Positions 21,949-35,000 of a DNA stretch of 64,000 nucleotides are shown here, piece by piece. Within the stretch, counting starts at the first letter, position 1; each line of letters starts with the position of its first letter. Location of the stretch: the NCBI GenBank assembly GCA_010356995.1, contig ML996691.1, positions 502,174 through 566,173 on the forward strand. Reading direction: 5' to 3'. This DNA comes from Trichodelitschia bisporula. Lineage: Eukaryota. The position numbers and the translations under genes are program-made. The notes under the pieces were generated by a model. The model was given only the letters and a program-made list of their open reading frames with translations, was not told where the DNA came from and ran no database searches.

Positions 21949-24900
21949 TTAACTACCCTTCTCTTGAGGAACCACGCTTCTCACTTCCGTGACAACAATA
22001 GCAAGCTTGTACACACCCTGCTTCATCGCTTTGTCCCATACAGCCGCCCGGAGATTATCTGGCTGGGAGTACTTGCCAGCGTACATTGGGAAGCAAAGAC
22101 CAGGGCAAGTAACCCCATTCGAGCAAAGTGGTTGCGGGTCGCAGTAATACTTCTCAGCGCACCCGGGAGCGTTGGGACCGCACTTCGCTGGTGATTCCAT
22201 GTCGCGTGGAATGGTGACGCTGGCATTGCCGGCCGCCACGCCCGGGTCGAATATCACCTGGGGAGGCTCCGGACCAGGCGTGAAGGGAGTTGCACTGGGG
22301 TCGTTTCCGACGACGACTTCCGTGGGCGGTGACTGATCCTGAGTACCAGTAGGTGACGCCTCAGCTGGTGGAACTTGGCCGACTGGAGGCTGCTGACCAT
22401 CCACTGGAGGCTGCTGACCATCCACTGGAGGCTGCTGACCATCCACTGGTGGCTGACCCTGCTCCGGCGGAGGCGTCGGGACTGGCGGTGCTTGTTCCCA
22501 AGGTTGAGCTGGCGGTGGCCCTTGGTCGACTGGAGGTGTTTGCTCCCACGGTTGTGCGGGTGGTGGTCCCTGATCGACTGGAGGTGTCTGCTCCCACGGT
22601 TGTTGTGCGGGCGGCGGTTCCTGATCGACCGGAGGTGCTTGTTCCCAGGGATTTTGCGTTTGTGCCGGCGGTTGATTATCCCAAGGTTGCGTTGGTTGCG
22701 TTGGTTGCGTTGGTTGCGCCGGTTGTCCTCCTTGATCATCCCAAGGACCCTGAGCGGGTGGCTGATTATCCCATGGGCTTTGTGCTGGTGGCTGATTATC
22801 CCAAGGACCTTGCGCGGGAGGTTGCCCTTGATCCTGCTGTGGCGGTGGTGCTTGCGTCTCCCAGGGCGCTGGAGGTCCTGTAGGTGCTGGCTCAATAGTC
22901 TGGGTGTAGTAAGTGGGTTCCAGGACAGTGACCGTGGTGAGCATGACCGTCACAAGAGACGTCGAAGTTGTCGTCTCCGTCTCCTGCACAACAACCTCCG
23001 TTGTCGTAGTTTCCACCAAAGTCTCGGTGATTGTGATAGGGGAATTGTAAGGAGGAGGCGGTGGGGGCGGTTGAGGAGTGTAGGTCGGCAGATTTGGCCA
23101 ATCCGGATACTTGTATGGGGTTTCGTTGTTGAAGGGGGTGTATGGTGGTCTTTACAAGCTCAATCAGCGCCATGACTTAATAACAGGGTATGGGGCTAGA
23201 CTTACGGCGTCGTCGTGACGTAGACAACCGTCTGCGTGATCTGCGGCGGCCCTGTCTGCTCATCGGGATATACAGCCCAGGTACTAGTGATGGTGTAGGT
23301 GGTCGGAGATGGATTTTCATAAGGCAGATAATTAGTACAATCCTGGTTGAAGGCTTCGTTAGCGTTCCCTTCTCCTTCGGATCCCCTATGGAACTAACCT
23401 CGATGAACGGCAAATTACCGCAGTTCCGGGACGTCAACTGGTTGTAGCAGTCAATGGCCGCAGCACGGCGGCAAAGACAACCCTGTGGACATGTTAGCTT
23501 CTGGAAGTTCATTATGACTCTTTCACTTACATCGTAACCGCGGCGAGGACATCCAACAGAGTAGCAGTTACAAGTGGCCCAGCTCCAGTCGATGGGAGCT
23601 TGCCAGTTCCACCCGGCAGAGGGCTGGTAACCACCGTAGCCTTGCCAGTTGCTGCCGCCACCTCTCCAACCCGGATCGTATCCATAACAGTTCCGGCAGC
23701 CGGGACGATCACGACCCCCGTTATTATCCCAGCCCGGACGATCCCAGCCCGGACGATCACCTCGTGGTCCATCCCAGTTTCCAGGGCGGTTTCCATTCCA
23801 ACCGCCATTGTTACCCCAGTTACCGCCGTTGTTGCCGCCATTGTTGCCGCCATTCCAGCCACCGGGTCGGTTACCGTTGTTGCCGTTATTGGGACGATTG
23901 CCGTTGTTTCCATTCCAGCCACCGGGTCGGTTACCGTTGTTGCCGTTATCGGGACGATTGCCGTTCCAGCCGCCAGGGCGGTTACCGTTGTTGCCATCTT
24001 TGCCAGGAGGTGACTGGCCTGGGCCGCCGCGCGGACCATCCTTGCCAGGAGGTGTCTGGCCTGGGCCGCCGCGCGGACCATCTTTGCCAGGAGGTGTCTG
24101 AGCTGGGCCGCCGCGCGGACCGTCTTTTCCAGGAGGCGTCTGGCCTGGGCCGCCGCGCGGACCATCTTTACCAGGAGGTGTCTGGCCCGGGCCGCCCCGT
24201 GGATCATCTTTGCCAGGAGGTGTCTGGCCTGGACCGCCCCGCGGACCATCGTTGCCTCCGCGTGGGCCGTCACCGCCACGAGGACCGTCGTTACCGCCGC
24301 GTGGACCATCGTTGCCAATGCCACCGCGTGGGCCGTCGTTACCGCCGCGTGGACCATCGTTGCCAATGCCACCGCGTGGGCCGTCGTTACCGCCGCGTGG
24401 ACCGTCGTTGCCATCGCCGCCGCGAGGACCATCATTGCCAATACCGCCGCGTGGGCCATTGTTGCCGCCGCGTGGACCGTCGCCGCCCGGGCGGTAGCCA
24501 CCGATGCCACCGCCGACGACGCCACCAACGATGCCACCACCGACGACACCCCCGACGGGTCCGATTCCGCCACCGCCTCCTGGGCTTCCGCCTCCTGGGC
24601 CTCCACCGCCGGGACGATTCCCCGGGTTTTGGCCTCCCGGTTGACCTCCACCACCGGGCCGATTGCCTGGATTCTGGCCCGGATTCTGGCCTCCGGGACT
24701 TTGACCGGGGCCTCCGGGTTGACCTCCGCCTCCGGGCCGATTGCCTGGCTTCTGGCCCGGATTCTGGCCTCCGGGACTTTGACTAGGGCCGCCGCGTGGA
24801 CTGTCGTTACCCGGACGGCTACCCGGGTTCTGGCCTCCTTGACCACCGCCTGGACGGTTCCCAGGGTTTTGGCCACCTGGACCTCCGTTTCCACCGGTCG

Positions 24901-26296
24901 GACGAGGGCCTTGCACAGTTATCGTTTGAGGCGGCCGTCCGCCATTGCCGCCAGGGGCGCCGTTGCCGCCGCCCGGACTTCCGCTTCCACCACCCGGACG
25001 GGGACCCTGCATAGTTGTCGCCTGGGGAGGCCGTCCGCCATTGCCGCCACCTGGTTGTCCCGGGCCGCCGCGTGGGCTACCTGCACCTGGAGATTGGTGA
25101 ACGGTGACGGTTTGGATCCCACCGCCACCCGGTCGACCGCCTTGCTGACCGCTTGGCTGTCCATTCCCGGGACGAGGCTGGTTCTGCCCGGGGTTTGGAT
25201 TGGCACCAGGACGAGGCTGGTTCTGCCCGGGGTTTGGATTGGCACCAGGACGAGGCTGGTTCTGCCCNNNNNNNNNNGGACGAGGCTGGTTCTGCCCGGG
25301 GTTTGGATTGGCACCAGGACGAGGCTGGTTCTGCCCGGGGTTTGGATTGGCACCAGGACGAGGCTGGTTCTGCCCTGGGTTTGAACTGCCGCCAGGACGA
25401 GGTTGCTGCTGCCCTGGGTTTCCACTGCCCCCGGGACGAGGCTGTGGCTGTTGCGTGTGTGCTGGCTGTGGCTGCTGCGTGTGTGCTGACTGTTGCTGAG
25501 GGCGTGGCTGTACTTGCTGCTGAGTATGCGGCTGCGTTTGCTGCTGAGGGCGCGGCTGTACTTGCTGCTGAGGGCGCGGCTGTACTTGCTGCTGAGGGCG
25601 CGGCTGCTGCGGTTGCTGACGCGGAGTCTGCGCATTGTTACCACCAAACCCACTCCCACCACTTTGCTGGGGGCGAGGTTGCTGCTGGGCAGGGCGAGGC
25701 TGTTGCTGTTGTGTAGGTCTTGGGGAATTGCTCTGGGGACGGGGCTGTTGCTGCTGGGGACGGGGTTGCTGCTGCTGCGGCCGAGGCTGCTGCTGCTGCT
25801 GCGCGGGTCTGGGATTATTTTGGGGACGGGGCTGGGACTGCTGCCGAGGGGCTGACTGTGGGCGGTTACTATTCGCCTGGGGGTGTGGTTGTGCTTGCGG
25901 GCGCGGCTGTGCTTGGGGGCGCGGTTGTGCTTGCGGGCGCGGTTGTGCTTGCGGGCGCGGCTGCTGGCGTGGCGCTTGCTGTTGAGGACGGGGGCGGTTG
26001 TTCGATTGCGGTCGCGGTTGAACGCTCTGGGCTTCAATTAGGAAGAGGCCGTAGCAAAACGAGCCCCCTCCTGTTGATGGGATATGACAGGGGGTTGGGC
26101 AATGACAATGAGGGGAGGGGGAAGAAGAAGGAAAGAAAGAAAGAGAGAGAGGGGGGGAGAGAGAGGGAGAGAGAGAAAGGAAGGCTTGTCAACTCACGTT
26201 GCCGCCGCCTCCACCACCTCGAGTTCCGCTGCCATTCCTCTGCGCCGAGCATATTGCTAGCACAAGGAAGTAGAGCAGAAGCGGAATGGCTTTCAT
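21949..26296 (-). CDS. Very large secreted Gly/Pro/Gln/Arg/Asn repeat protein with two Cys-rich modules (~1,300 aa, 5 exons, spans an assembly gap)
   Basis: Exon 1 (26296-26198) encodes signal peptide [18 protein letters not shown]. Further exons 26026-23531, 23482-23399, 23342-23206 and 23149-21949 have canonical splice sites and join in frame (apart from the unknown length of the N gap at 25268-25277). Confidence 0.75.
25170..25440 (-). repeat. 39-bp coding tandem repeat ([13 protein letters not shown]) containing assembly gap 25268-25277
   Basis: Repeated GGACGAGGCTGGTTCTGCCCGGGGTTTGGATTGGCACCA units on both sides of the N run. Confidence 0.9.
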
Positions 26297-28459
26297 GATG
26301 AAAGCTGTGTAAAAAGGAACGACTTCACATCCACAAACAAGACCTGGAAACGAATGACAGGAACGGAGGACGGAATGGACACGCCAACGTGCTCAAGGTG
26401 CGGAGAACCATGATATCCATATACTTTATACACCCATCAAGCTACGTAGTAAAGGATGTGGGGAGATGAAATGGCAATATCTCGACGCTCGTGTTCCTAC
26501 GAATTGGCGGTCATGTTGCTAGTACGTCCAATATGCACGGGAACCATTCTTCGAGCCGCGGACTCGGAGCCAAGTGGCAGGGCGACGTGAGGCCTTCCTA
26601 AACAGTTGCCCTCGGCTACAGGTGGCCAAAAGATGGGTCCGCGCAATATACGATACCTGTCAGATGAAAGGAGGACGGCGACGGAACCCCATTAAATTTA
26701 TCATTTGTTGGTTGCCACCCATATTGAGTGCTCGGATGGGGAAAGTTCTCGCAAGGGTGATCCGGGAATTGATGAGCCAAGGCCTGCTCTCTGAAGCACA
26801 TGTCCAATAACATGGCTTGGCTGCCGGTAGCACGGGAAAGGGTAGGTTAAAAAGGCAAGGGCCTGCAAGGGCTGGAGGTGCACATCTGCAGTTCTTACAA
26901 GCATCGAAGGTGATGACGATAGGGACCGGGAGGTAGCAGTGTGTTTGGAGGTGAAGACGATGCAAGATGCCTAGTGGCAGCGGATGGCTCGAGCCCTCGG
27001 CATATAAGGCCGACGTTAGGCGAGAGACCAAGAAATCGGGTTGCGCCTTTTCCACGGGGGGGGATATCCATTTTGAATTTAACCACTCGGTTCAGAGGAC
27101 GCTTTGCTGAGGCCGCGCGGGCTAGAAGGTTGGTGTTACGTTCGTGTGTGGATCGGATGGCCAAGATGTCAGCTGGCCCAGAGCCATGAATTTCGCACCA
27201 ACAAAGAGGGCCGTGCTGGCGTGTCCTATATGTCCTACAGGATAGACGTCCAGGTAGATGGAGAGTTCATTTCCTAGAGCACAGCTGGTCTTTTTTTGGG
27301 GCCCTCGCTGAGCTGAGTTCAGATGGTGGAAGTATCCCCTCATCTGGATCAAGTTGCCTTGGTGGTGCTTGACCCTGTTTTTGAGCTTCGACTTCCGTAG
27401 GCCGGAGTCTTGCTTGACGAGAGCGGAGAAGGCGATTTCAACTCGAATGACCACGATGAAGGAAATTAGGTGATGATTTGATAGACAAGTTGCCTATAGA
27501 TCACGTGTAATGGATGATGTTAGTGAAGAAAACGGCAGGCAGAGGGGGATAACTGTATCAAGAGTATGCGCTGTCGACATTGGGTCCGCGGTGAAGGGCG
27601 ATAGGCGGCGCCGCTTACGGATGTATATTGTAGGTAAGGTTCCCCATGCTTTTCTCCGTGATGCTGAGACGGGAAACTGGGTCAACAAAGAGTGATAGCG
27701 CAACTAGCTCCTCACTGATGGGATCAAAAATGAATCCGAGCTCGGCATGTCCCAATCTCTCAAGCGGTATCTGGCTTGTGCCGCCATGCGTAGCATCGCT
27801 TGGCCATCGAATGAGCCGGGGATGGGTGGTGAGATTATTATTGTTCGCTTGTTGAAGTGTGTCGCTATGTAAATAGTAAGTTGTATTTCGTTCAGCAATG
27901 CCACGACTGTCGACGGTTGTGTTCTCAAGGTCGGACAGGTACATCATGTGATTTACCTGGCATCCACTAGTTCTACCTAGTTCCAGACCTTCGCCACCAA
28001 TTCCCAGCCACCGCCAGCCACAATCAGCCAGAAGGAGATAAGTACCTCGTAGATCATATCAGGAGACATTCCCTTCTTCTTCAAAGAAGCCAAAGCTTAT
28101 TGAAACCATCTACCTATCTCCAAATTCCTACCGTCGAACATCACTCAAATTTACCAGTACTGGTAGCTACCGTAACCTCCATTGCCAAAGGATATCTCTC
28201 CTGTCCGCTATCGCTCTGAGGCTCGTAGAATTCACCCCTCTTGTATATTCGTCATCAAGCCCGCTCAGCCACTCTGCGGTCGGCAGATAATCCCTCCGCC
28301 TCGTCACCATCATTCCACCCTCACGTCCAAAGTCTTCCATCTACAGGACCATACGTTCCCTATGAATTACGTCTAGACCCATCAACACCCACTTTCTGCC
28401 ATCAATCAAAGCTCTACCATCTCCAACTTTTGCGAACCGACTGTGCCTATAAACAAGCC

Positions 28460-29052
28460 ATGGGCCTCATCGAACGGTAGGTACTCGATGCGGTCCACTT
28501 TCAAAGGCCCACCGCGGATCCACCAACTAGTTCTAACACTACTGCAGAACCCCGAGTCTCCAGCCCCGGCAAACGACCACTCTACCTTCCGGTGGCTCGC
28601 CCAGCCAAACCGTATACTGTGACTTCTACTACGGCAGCTGCAGCACCAGCTCGTGGGACAACTGGGTGCGCTGGGTCGTCCTCGTCGTCGTCATACTCAC
28701 CTTCCTCCTCGCCTTCTGTCTCTGCAGCTGCTTCACCGCCCGCCGCCGCAGACGCATGGGTCAGCGCCCGTACTACGGCACCCGCTGGGCCTCGCAGAAC
28801 CGTTGGGGCGGCGGCCCACCGGGCCAGAACCCACCGAATGGTCAGTACGGACAAGCCGCGCCTCACTACCAGCCGCCACCACCGCAGTATAGTGCTGCGC
28901 CGCCGCCGGGACACATGGGCTTCTACCACCATGAGAATGGTGTCGAGTTGCAGCAGCCGAAGAACACGTATAATCCCCACCCCAACCAGGCCGGCGGACC
29001 TATTGAATTTCCTGCTGGACCGGCGACACAGAGTACTGGTGTCATCAGATGA
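28460..29052 (+). CDS. RCR-family (chitin synthesis regulation / Congo red resistance) single-pass membrane protein (1 intron)
   Basis: C..C..SSWDNWVRWVV, then a TM helix, RRRRRMGQRPYYGTRW and a PPQY (PPxY) motif, matching the RCR family layout. Confidence 0.8.
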
Positions 29053-29529
29053 CCGCCGGGACGGGGTTTCGTCGGGTAGTAGTTTTAGTTTTGTACTTGG
29101 GAAGATCACATGGTGTGTCTGCAGAATGTCGGTCATTGTCTGTATATAAGCGTTGCGTCTTTTGAAGGGGTTGGATATCCACGGCGTTGGATGGGATTTA
29201 ATTATCGTCCGCATAGCTAATAATGGCAAACCCCTTCACTGTTTTGTGAAAGTGGACTCTTGGTCATTGCAAGTCGCACCCTGGAAAATGGCATTCTTTG
29301 GAATGGAAAGCCTTGTATTCAACCTCTCCATCTTCAACGCTACTACGCATAGGCTGACTCTCGCAGAACTAAATATGGAGTCCCAAGCCGAAGCGTACAG
29401 TTGGCGAGATAACCACGAACCAAAGTCCATATATTGCGGGACGTACTACTTGAACATCTTGCTCATGCTTTTCTACCGTGTTGCAACTTATCCCTAACCA
29501 AAGCCACATGAACGGCCATACCACGCTGC

Positions 29530-31902
29530 TCAGGTCAACATCCTGGTATGAACGTCAAAAACTGCATTCCTCCATCCACCCTGGTCGTTGTCAGCAACCC
29601 TCTCAGCTGCTTGTGCAGCCTCCTCGTTCCAGAGCTTAACCACACTCCCCGGTGCGTACACGCCGCGGAACACGCCCTTGCCCGGTTGCTCAACGCCAAC
29701 CCGGGTGTAGAGCTCAGGATCATCCTCGGGTGCCAACCTCGCCGTAACAGCTTTGATGAAGGTCATCATGTCCTGCGGGTCCGCAACGCGCGTAGCTCGT
29801 AGACGCTCCCTCGCATACACCAACTCCCTGTTTCCCGCGTGAATGGCGTCCGCGATTGCAGTGGCAAGCTGCCGCTCCATGACTTTCCGTACAATGGGGC
29901 GGACTAGCGGCCGCAAAAGCCAGCCAAAAAACGAGAACTTGCTCTTCCGAAGCTTGTAGCTGAGCTTGTGGATGTGTACGCGAACAGCCTTGAGTGTCAG
30001 GATCTTCTCCAAACGGTCTTTGCCAACTTCAACATCCAAGTGTATGTCAACACCGCGCTCATCCAGCTCAAAGCTGGCGATGCCTTGGTCAGCAAGGCGG
30101 AGGAGACCGGAGTGTGCGCGCAGCCAGAAGCCAAACTCTTCCGCTCGCATGCTTAGGCCGTCGATCTTCAAGGTCACCAACGACGATACCCTCGACGCAG
30201 TACGGAAACGCGCCTTGTAAATCTCCAAGTCATTGTAAGTCTCAACCCGGATGCGGAAAGGGAAGAACGATGTGTTGTTGACAGTCTTGCCGGGCTCGAT
30301 GATTAAATTTTCGAGGAGAAGGTCAAGCTCAGGCGTCGAGACCTCCAGACGAGGAATTGGAACGTGTTGAACTGCCTGGATGAGAAGAGGCCCGAAGACG
30401 TTTATGGCGTCCATAAAGAGATCGCCGTTGACATAATTTCCGACAGGGGAGAGTATCTCAACAACCTGCATAGAAACCTTTATCAAACCAGCAACGTCTT
30501 TGTCATCAAGGACGGATTGGAAGGTCTTCTGGCACTGCGAAAGGAAATCGTCGGCGTCCTTTCGAAGTGACGAGTCGGTGCCAACTCGGAGACTCTTTTC
30601 CCGCAGATCTTGAAACTTCTGGTCCGCATGCTCCAGGAAATCCGGATCCGTAAGCAACTTCTCTAGGAAGCCTCCAATGTCATTCACGAGGGAATCGAAC
30701 TCGGGATCAATCTCTTGGTGATCCATGACCTTATCGAGCAGTCGCTCAAGTTCCTTCCATTGCTCCTGGTCGCCGAATGAGGAGATCAGGGCGTAGAAGT
30801 TTCTAAGCGCTCTGCGGGCTTCCTCGTTCTCATGGACGTCGTCTTGCGCTGCATCAAGCGTGTCCTTGGCAGCATGTGAGTAGAGCCTGGCATAGCGCCG
30901 TATGAGCAAGGAAAGGGTGGAGACGGAGTCGGAGTAGTCGCGACGCTTCCTGAGATTGAGCACGGCCTGCTTTAACCGATGTCGCAATGCAGCTCCATCG
31001 TCCCCAGTCAACTTGTCGGCAAGGCTCTGCTGTGTCTCCGTCAAGACTTGAGCCGCGCCGTTGCTCACTGGGGCCGATACCTCGGCAACTTCCCGGCCGA
31101 GGTCGTCACCTGACGGTCGTGTGCGGTCGGGATCGTGGATGGCATGTTGCTCATCTTCGGACGGCTCCAGCTGCTTTCCTACTTCTTCCGCGACCCCTGA
31201 TAGTGCAAAGGCTGTGTCTTTGAAGACGGAACGGGCAACTACGGTCAGATCGGAAAGGAACAGGCGAAAGTCCGAATTCGTCAGTAGCAGCGACCCGACA
31301 GTCTGGAGACTCCGATACGCTGTCTGTGCGTTAGATGCGCAATTATGCAAGACAGCGATTGCAGGCAGCAAAAGAAAATGCGGGGGAGGATAGTGGGGGG
31401 GGAGGAGGATAGAAGGTGGGGCACAGGATAGAAGGTGGGGCACAGGATAGAAGGTGGGGCACGAACCGGCGGCCGTATCAGCTCGAGCCTTGGCCTTGGA
31501 TGCTCGACGCGCAATATCTTCGACATCGAATGACAGTCTAGACTTTGACGCGAACCATATGAAGTCCTGAATCTGGTCGGCCGAGTTTTTGTTTTGCAGC
31601 AATTCGATCAATTGAACCAGTAATTGGCGGACGCGCTTCGTCAGGAGACGGCCAGACTCGCTAAGGTCGGGATTGGTGGGGTTCAGGACGTCTGCGGCGA
31701 GCAGAGTGCGGATGTTTAAGATCATCTGTTCCGTAGATGGCATATAGCCTTTACCCAGGGCCCGTATCATTTGATAGGTGTGGAGTTTCTCATGTACGCG
31801 ATGTTGGAGGGATGTATCATCGTTGTACTGCGGCAAGAGGGGCTGACGCTCGTCATCTTGACCACCGAACAGCTTGTTGAAGGGAAAGCAGCAAGAAGCC
31901 AT
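29530..31902 (-). CDS. Conserved fungal DUF4449/BPI-like domain protein (intron 31466-31320)
   Basis: ERQPLLPQY..KLHTYQM..GYMPSTEQ, LLLTNSDFR, HVPIPRLEVSTPELDLLLENL, GIASFELDERGVDI..VRVHIHKL. Family name recalled, not searched. Confidence 0.75.
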   Translation of the reverse strand: MASCCFPFNKLFGGQDDERQPLLPQYNDDTSLQHRVHEKLHTYQMIRALGKGYMPSTEQMILNIRTLLAADVLNPTNPDLSESGRLLTKRVRQLLVQLIELLQNKNSADQIQDFIWFASKSRLSFDVEDIARRASKAKARADTAAGSCPTFYPVPHLLSCAPPSILLPPHYPPPHFLLLPAIAVLHNCASNAQTAYRSLQTVGSLLLTNSDFRLFLSDLTVVARSVFKDTAFALSGVAEEVGKQLEPSEDEQHAIHDPDRTRPSGDDLGREVAEVSAPVSNGAAQVLTETQQSLADKLTGDDGAALRHRLKQAVLNLRKRRDYSDSVSTLSLLIRRYARLYSHAAKDTLDAAQDDVHENEEARRALRNFYALISSFGDQEQWKELERLLDKVMDHQEIDPEFDSLVNDIGGFLEKLLTDPDFLEHADQKFQDLREKSLRVGTDSSLRKDADDFLSQCQKTFQSVLDDKDVAGLIKVSMQVVEILSPVGNYVNGDLFMDAINVFGPLLIQAVQHVPIPRLEVSTPELDLLLENLIIEPGKTVNNTSFFPFRIRVETYNDLEIYKARFRTASRVSSLVTLKIDGLSMRAEEFGFWLRAHSGLLRLADQGIASFELDERGVDIHLDVEVGKDRLEKILTLKAVRVHIHKLSYKLRKSKFSFFGWLLRPLVRPIVRKVMERQLATAIADAIHAGNRELVYARERLRATRVADPQDMMTFIKAVTARLAPEDDPELYTRVGVEQPGKGVFRGVYAPGSVVKLWNEEAAQAAERVADNDQGGWRNAVFDVHTRMLT
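31406..31462. repeat. 19-bp tandem repeat x3 inside an intron
   Basis: AGGATAGAAGGTGGGGCAC repeated three times. Confidence 0.9.
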
Positions 31903-31947
31903 TTCTGAGAGTATTGGAGGCGTGGAGAAAGGGATTGATGAAGGGAG

Positions 31948-32087
31948 AGTGGTAGAGGTGGCAGAGGTGGTAGAGGTGGTAGAGGTGGTAGAGGTGGTAG
32001 AGGTGGTAGAGGNNNNNNNNNNNNNNNNNNNNNNNNNAGAGGTGGTAGAGGTGGTAGAGGTGGTAGAGGTGGTAGAGGTGGTAGAGG
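31948..32087. repeat. 9-bp minisatellite (GGTAGAGGT)n with assembly gap 32013-32037
   Basis: Directly visible tandem array just upstream of the DUF4449-like gene start. Confidence 0.95.
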
Positions 32088-35000
32088 GAGTAGAGGAGGT
32101 TATTGTTCAGACGTTGGAGATGTTTGACACGTTCCAACGTCAGGGTCAAAGCAAGTTCCAGGCAGGAACGAGAGAGCAAGGAGTGTGTTGCGGGGAAGTA
32201 GCAACCATGATGGTTGGTGACGTATTTTGGTGCCGCAGGCATCAACTCTTGATGCCTTGCCTCATATTTTCGCCACTCCATCAAAGAGACGATACTACGG
32301 GTACCACAGTACAGCGGACTTACACAAAAAAAAGAGCAAGCAGCAAGCTACAGTAGAGACCATGATTATGGGAATCGTTGTCAATCTATTCACATGCTAT
32401 CAAATCATGGCTTTTACCGCTCTCCCCCTCTGGCAATAATGCGCTGGCGCTTCTTTCATGTACTTCGTAGCCGTGTCCGACCCCAGACTTTTCGGGTGGG
32501 CCAGAGCCATTCCGCACTGCCGTCCTTCTCCGCCAACTAACCCCTTCGCTCTCTCCACAGATCAGCAAAACAAGCTCCGGCAGTCTAAGATAGAAAGCTA
32601 TTTCTCCCCACCGAGGGGCCGAAGTTCCCGCCGCTGACCTAACCCCCACTATTCGACAGCAATTGAAGGTTGGTCCTCCGTATCTCACCGAGTCTGATAG
32701 TAGCCTCACATCTCAACTCCGCCCGAACCACTCGTACCGCGCCCTGCGCCCTGGGAAAGGCCGGACGAGCCCAGACAGTCGGCTGGCGCATGCATGTACG
32801 GGTTCGGGACGGGCATCTCGCCCATAGAGTGGACTGGGGTCGGTGGATCGCCCTTCTCCGAACAGCCTCAGGCCACTTCAGTCCCCCATTCCCCACGCTG
32901 CTGAACGTCCATCCACACCTCGAAAAATGTCAGATGGAGGGGTCGAAGACCGTTCATCTTTTTCACGCCCACGCTGTCCGCCCACTTATCGACGCATCTA
33001 AATCGCTATTCCCGCATTGGAAGCCACAGAAAAAGAACAAATCGCACCACCTTGATTTTCAGGCCAATGCCATTCAGCGATGTAATCGGAAGCGCGATTA
33101 TGCTCCCACATGCTTGCTATTTTTTTTTTCCTTTCATCTTCGTTCAGTTCCGGGTTCCGAACAGCTGGAAAGCGCAGGGTCGCCGTGCTGTCGTGTGGCG
33201 GGAGCAAAAATGGATGAGGGGAAACAGCGCGTGGGGCGAAGCTCGTCTCGTCTCACCAAGGCTGCCCGCCGTCCCTACTTGGCAAACCCCCGTAGGTCGT
33301 GGGAAGTGCCAGTACGTGGATGTAAGCAGAGGGGGCGCAAGGCTCAAGGTATGAGGGAAACGCATGCAACAAAAGGTAAGTGCATTTCTCACCCGGACCA
33401 CGGACGTCGTCATCGGAGTGCCGCTGAAACCCCCGGCCCGATTCTGCGGTGTAAGAAACGCCCGACATGCCGCACGGGCGAGTAAAAGCGGTAAGTGAGG
33501 TGCCGGGCGCTGGAGCGTAAGGCGAATGGTTGGGACAAGGGATACGGGGCAAGAGAACGGTGAAGGTGACGGAGGACGGGACACACGGAACTTGTACGTA
33601 CTCGCAACTGACTTTTGGCTTTGCTAGGAACTCAAGCGGGTCCGACTCAACCGAACATGGCGCAGGAGAGGCGGCCACGAGTGTGCGCATGCGGGTGGGG
33701 AGTGAGGTCTTCAGAATAGTTGCTGCGAGCATCTGCACCCTGCATGCATGGTGGGATAGATACAAGTGCTACCTACTGGATGGGAAAAGTGGTAGCAGCC
33801 TTGCGGCCTAGTACCTAGCTAGGTAGACCGCGAGTCGAGCACAGTACCGACGACACATCAACGGCTTCTCCTCCGGCCTGACGTGCGGTGATGCTAGAGG
33901 CGAGAGTACTTAGCAGGATCATATCTCCCATGCTGGGTTCGTAATGTACTACTATAAATTTTGCCACGGTGACTCAACCGCAAAGCATGGAAAGCACGAT
34001 GCACATGGAAGTGCGAGAGGGGGAAACAACGAGGACGATAAACTGGCCCTCACGTTTTCCCAGGTGCCTTCACTTCGGACTTTACGGTAGGGTCCCGGAC
34101 CCCCAACCAAACGCCTGGGGTTGGGATGTTGGGGATTGAGAGGGTGACTCCAGGTCCTAAAACGGTGAAGATGGCTTACTATTCTGCTGCGGGAAGCGGG
34201 AAGCATTTAGCTTTCCTGTATGCAGACTTGCGAGTTGAGAGTCAAGGGGAGGCCGGACGGACCTAGTTGGGGGATCGGAATTGGCTTGTTCACGATGCTG
34301 CTGACGGGCCTGGTTTGCGAGAACACAGCGTTTGGAGGGAAGGCAACGATGTGCTCTGTGTGCCTACTGTATACTGTAATTGATCAGGGGAGTCAGGGCC
34401 TGCATTCTTACATACCAAGATGACTGTGATTGGAACGGGTGTATCCGCTGAATGTCGCCGTGCTTCTCTTCCCCGTCTAGTCCGATATCCACACCCAAAC
34501 GGGCAGGGTCGCGAACGTCGAGCAAGCCGGCATTCGCCATCGTCAATCTGCTAGCAATTCTCTCACCAGCGTAGAGAGCGTTTTGCTTAGAAACGTAGAC
34601 AGTACTAGTAAGGATGGATAGCGTCGGTTTCTTTATGTCATTATGATGGGTGTGCATCCATACGCTACCTAGAACTAGCAGCTGAGCAGTGCTATCCTGC
34701 TCCGTAGAGAGGCATAAGCAGAAAGTCCCCAAAATAATATCATCAGCCTTCTCGCCGTTCAACGCAGTGACACTCGAGGATACCGCAGGAACTGTAGTAC
34801 GTCGGTCCAACTAGAACTACAGTATCCTATCCCAGGTGTCAGCAATTCGTCCACTTCTTCTTCTTCTTTCCCCCTCATCTGCTGCATGCTCCGAGTTGCG
34901 CACTTCACGCCTTACTGTATCCTGTACGGCTATTCGTTGCACACCGCCACGCCTTTTCTCACACCTCTTTGACCGATTCACACGCGACCAACGCAATTCT

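Noticed and set aside
23990..24490. Regularly spaced repeats superficially like a CRISPR array or collagen
   Set aside because: These are coding tandem repeats without unique spacers in a eukaryote, and they lack strict Gly-X-Y periodicity.
22254..26298. Many long overlapping ORFs on both strands
   Set aside because: Shadow frames of GC-rich coding repeats of the single minus-strand gene.
31853..32356. ORFs with (LYH)n and (VVE)n repeats
   Set aside because: Translation artefacts of the 9-bp minisatellite.
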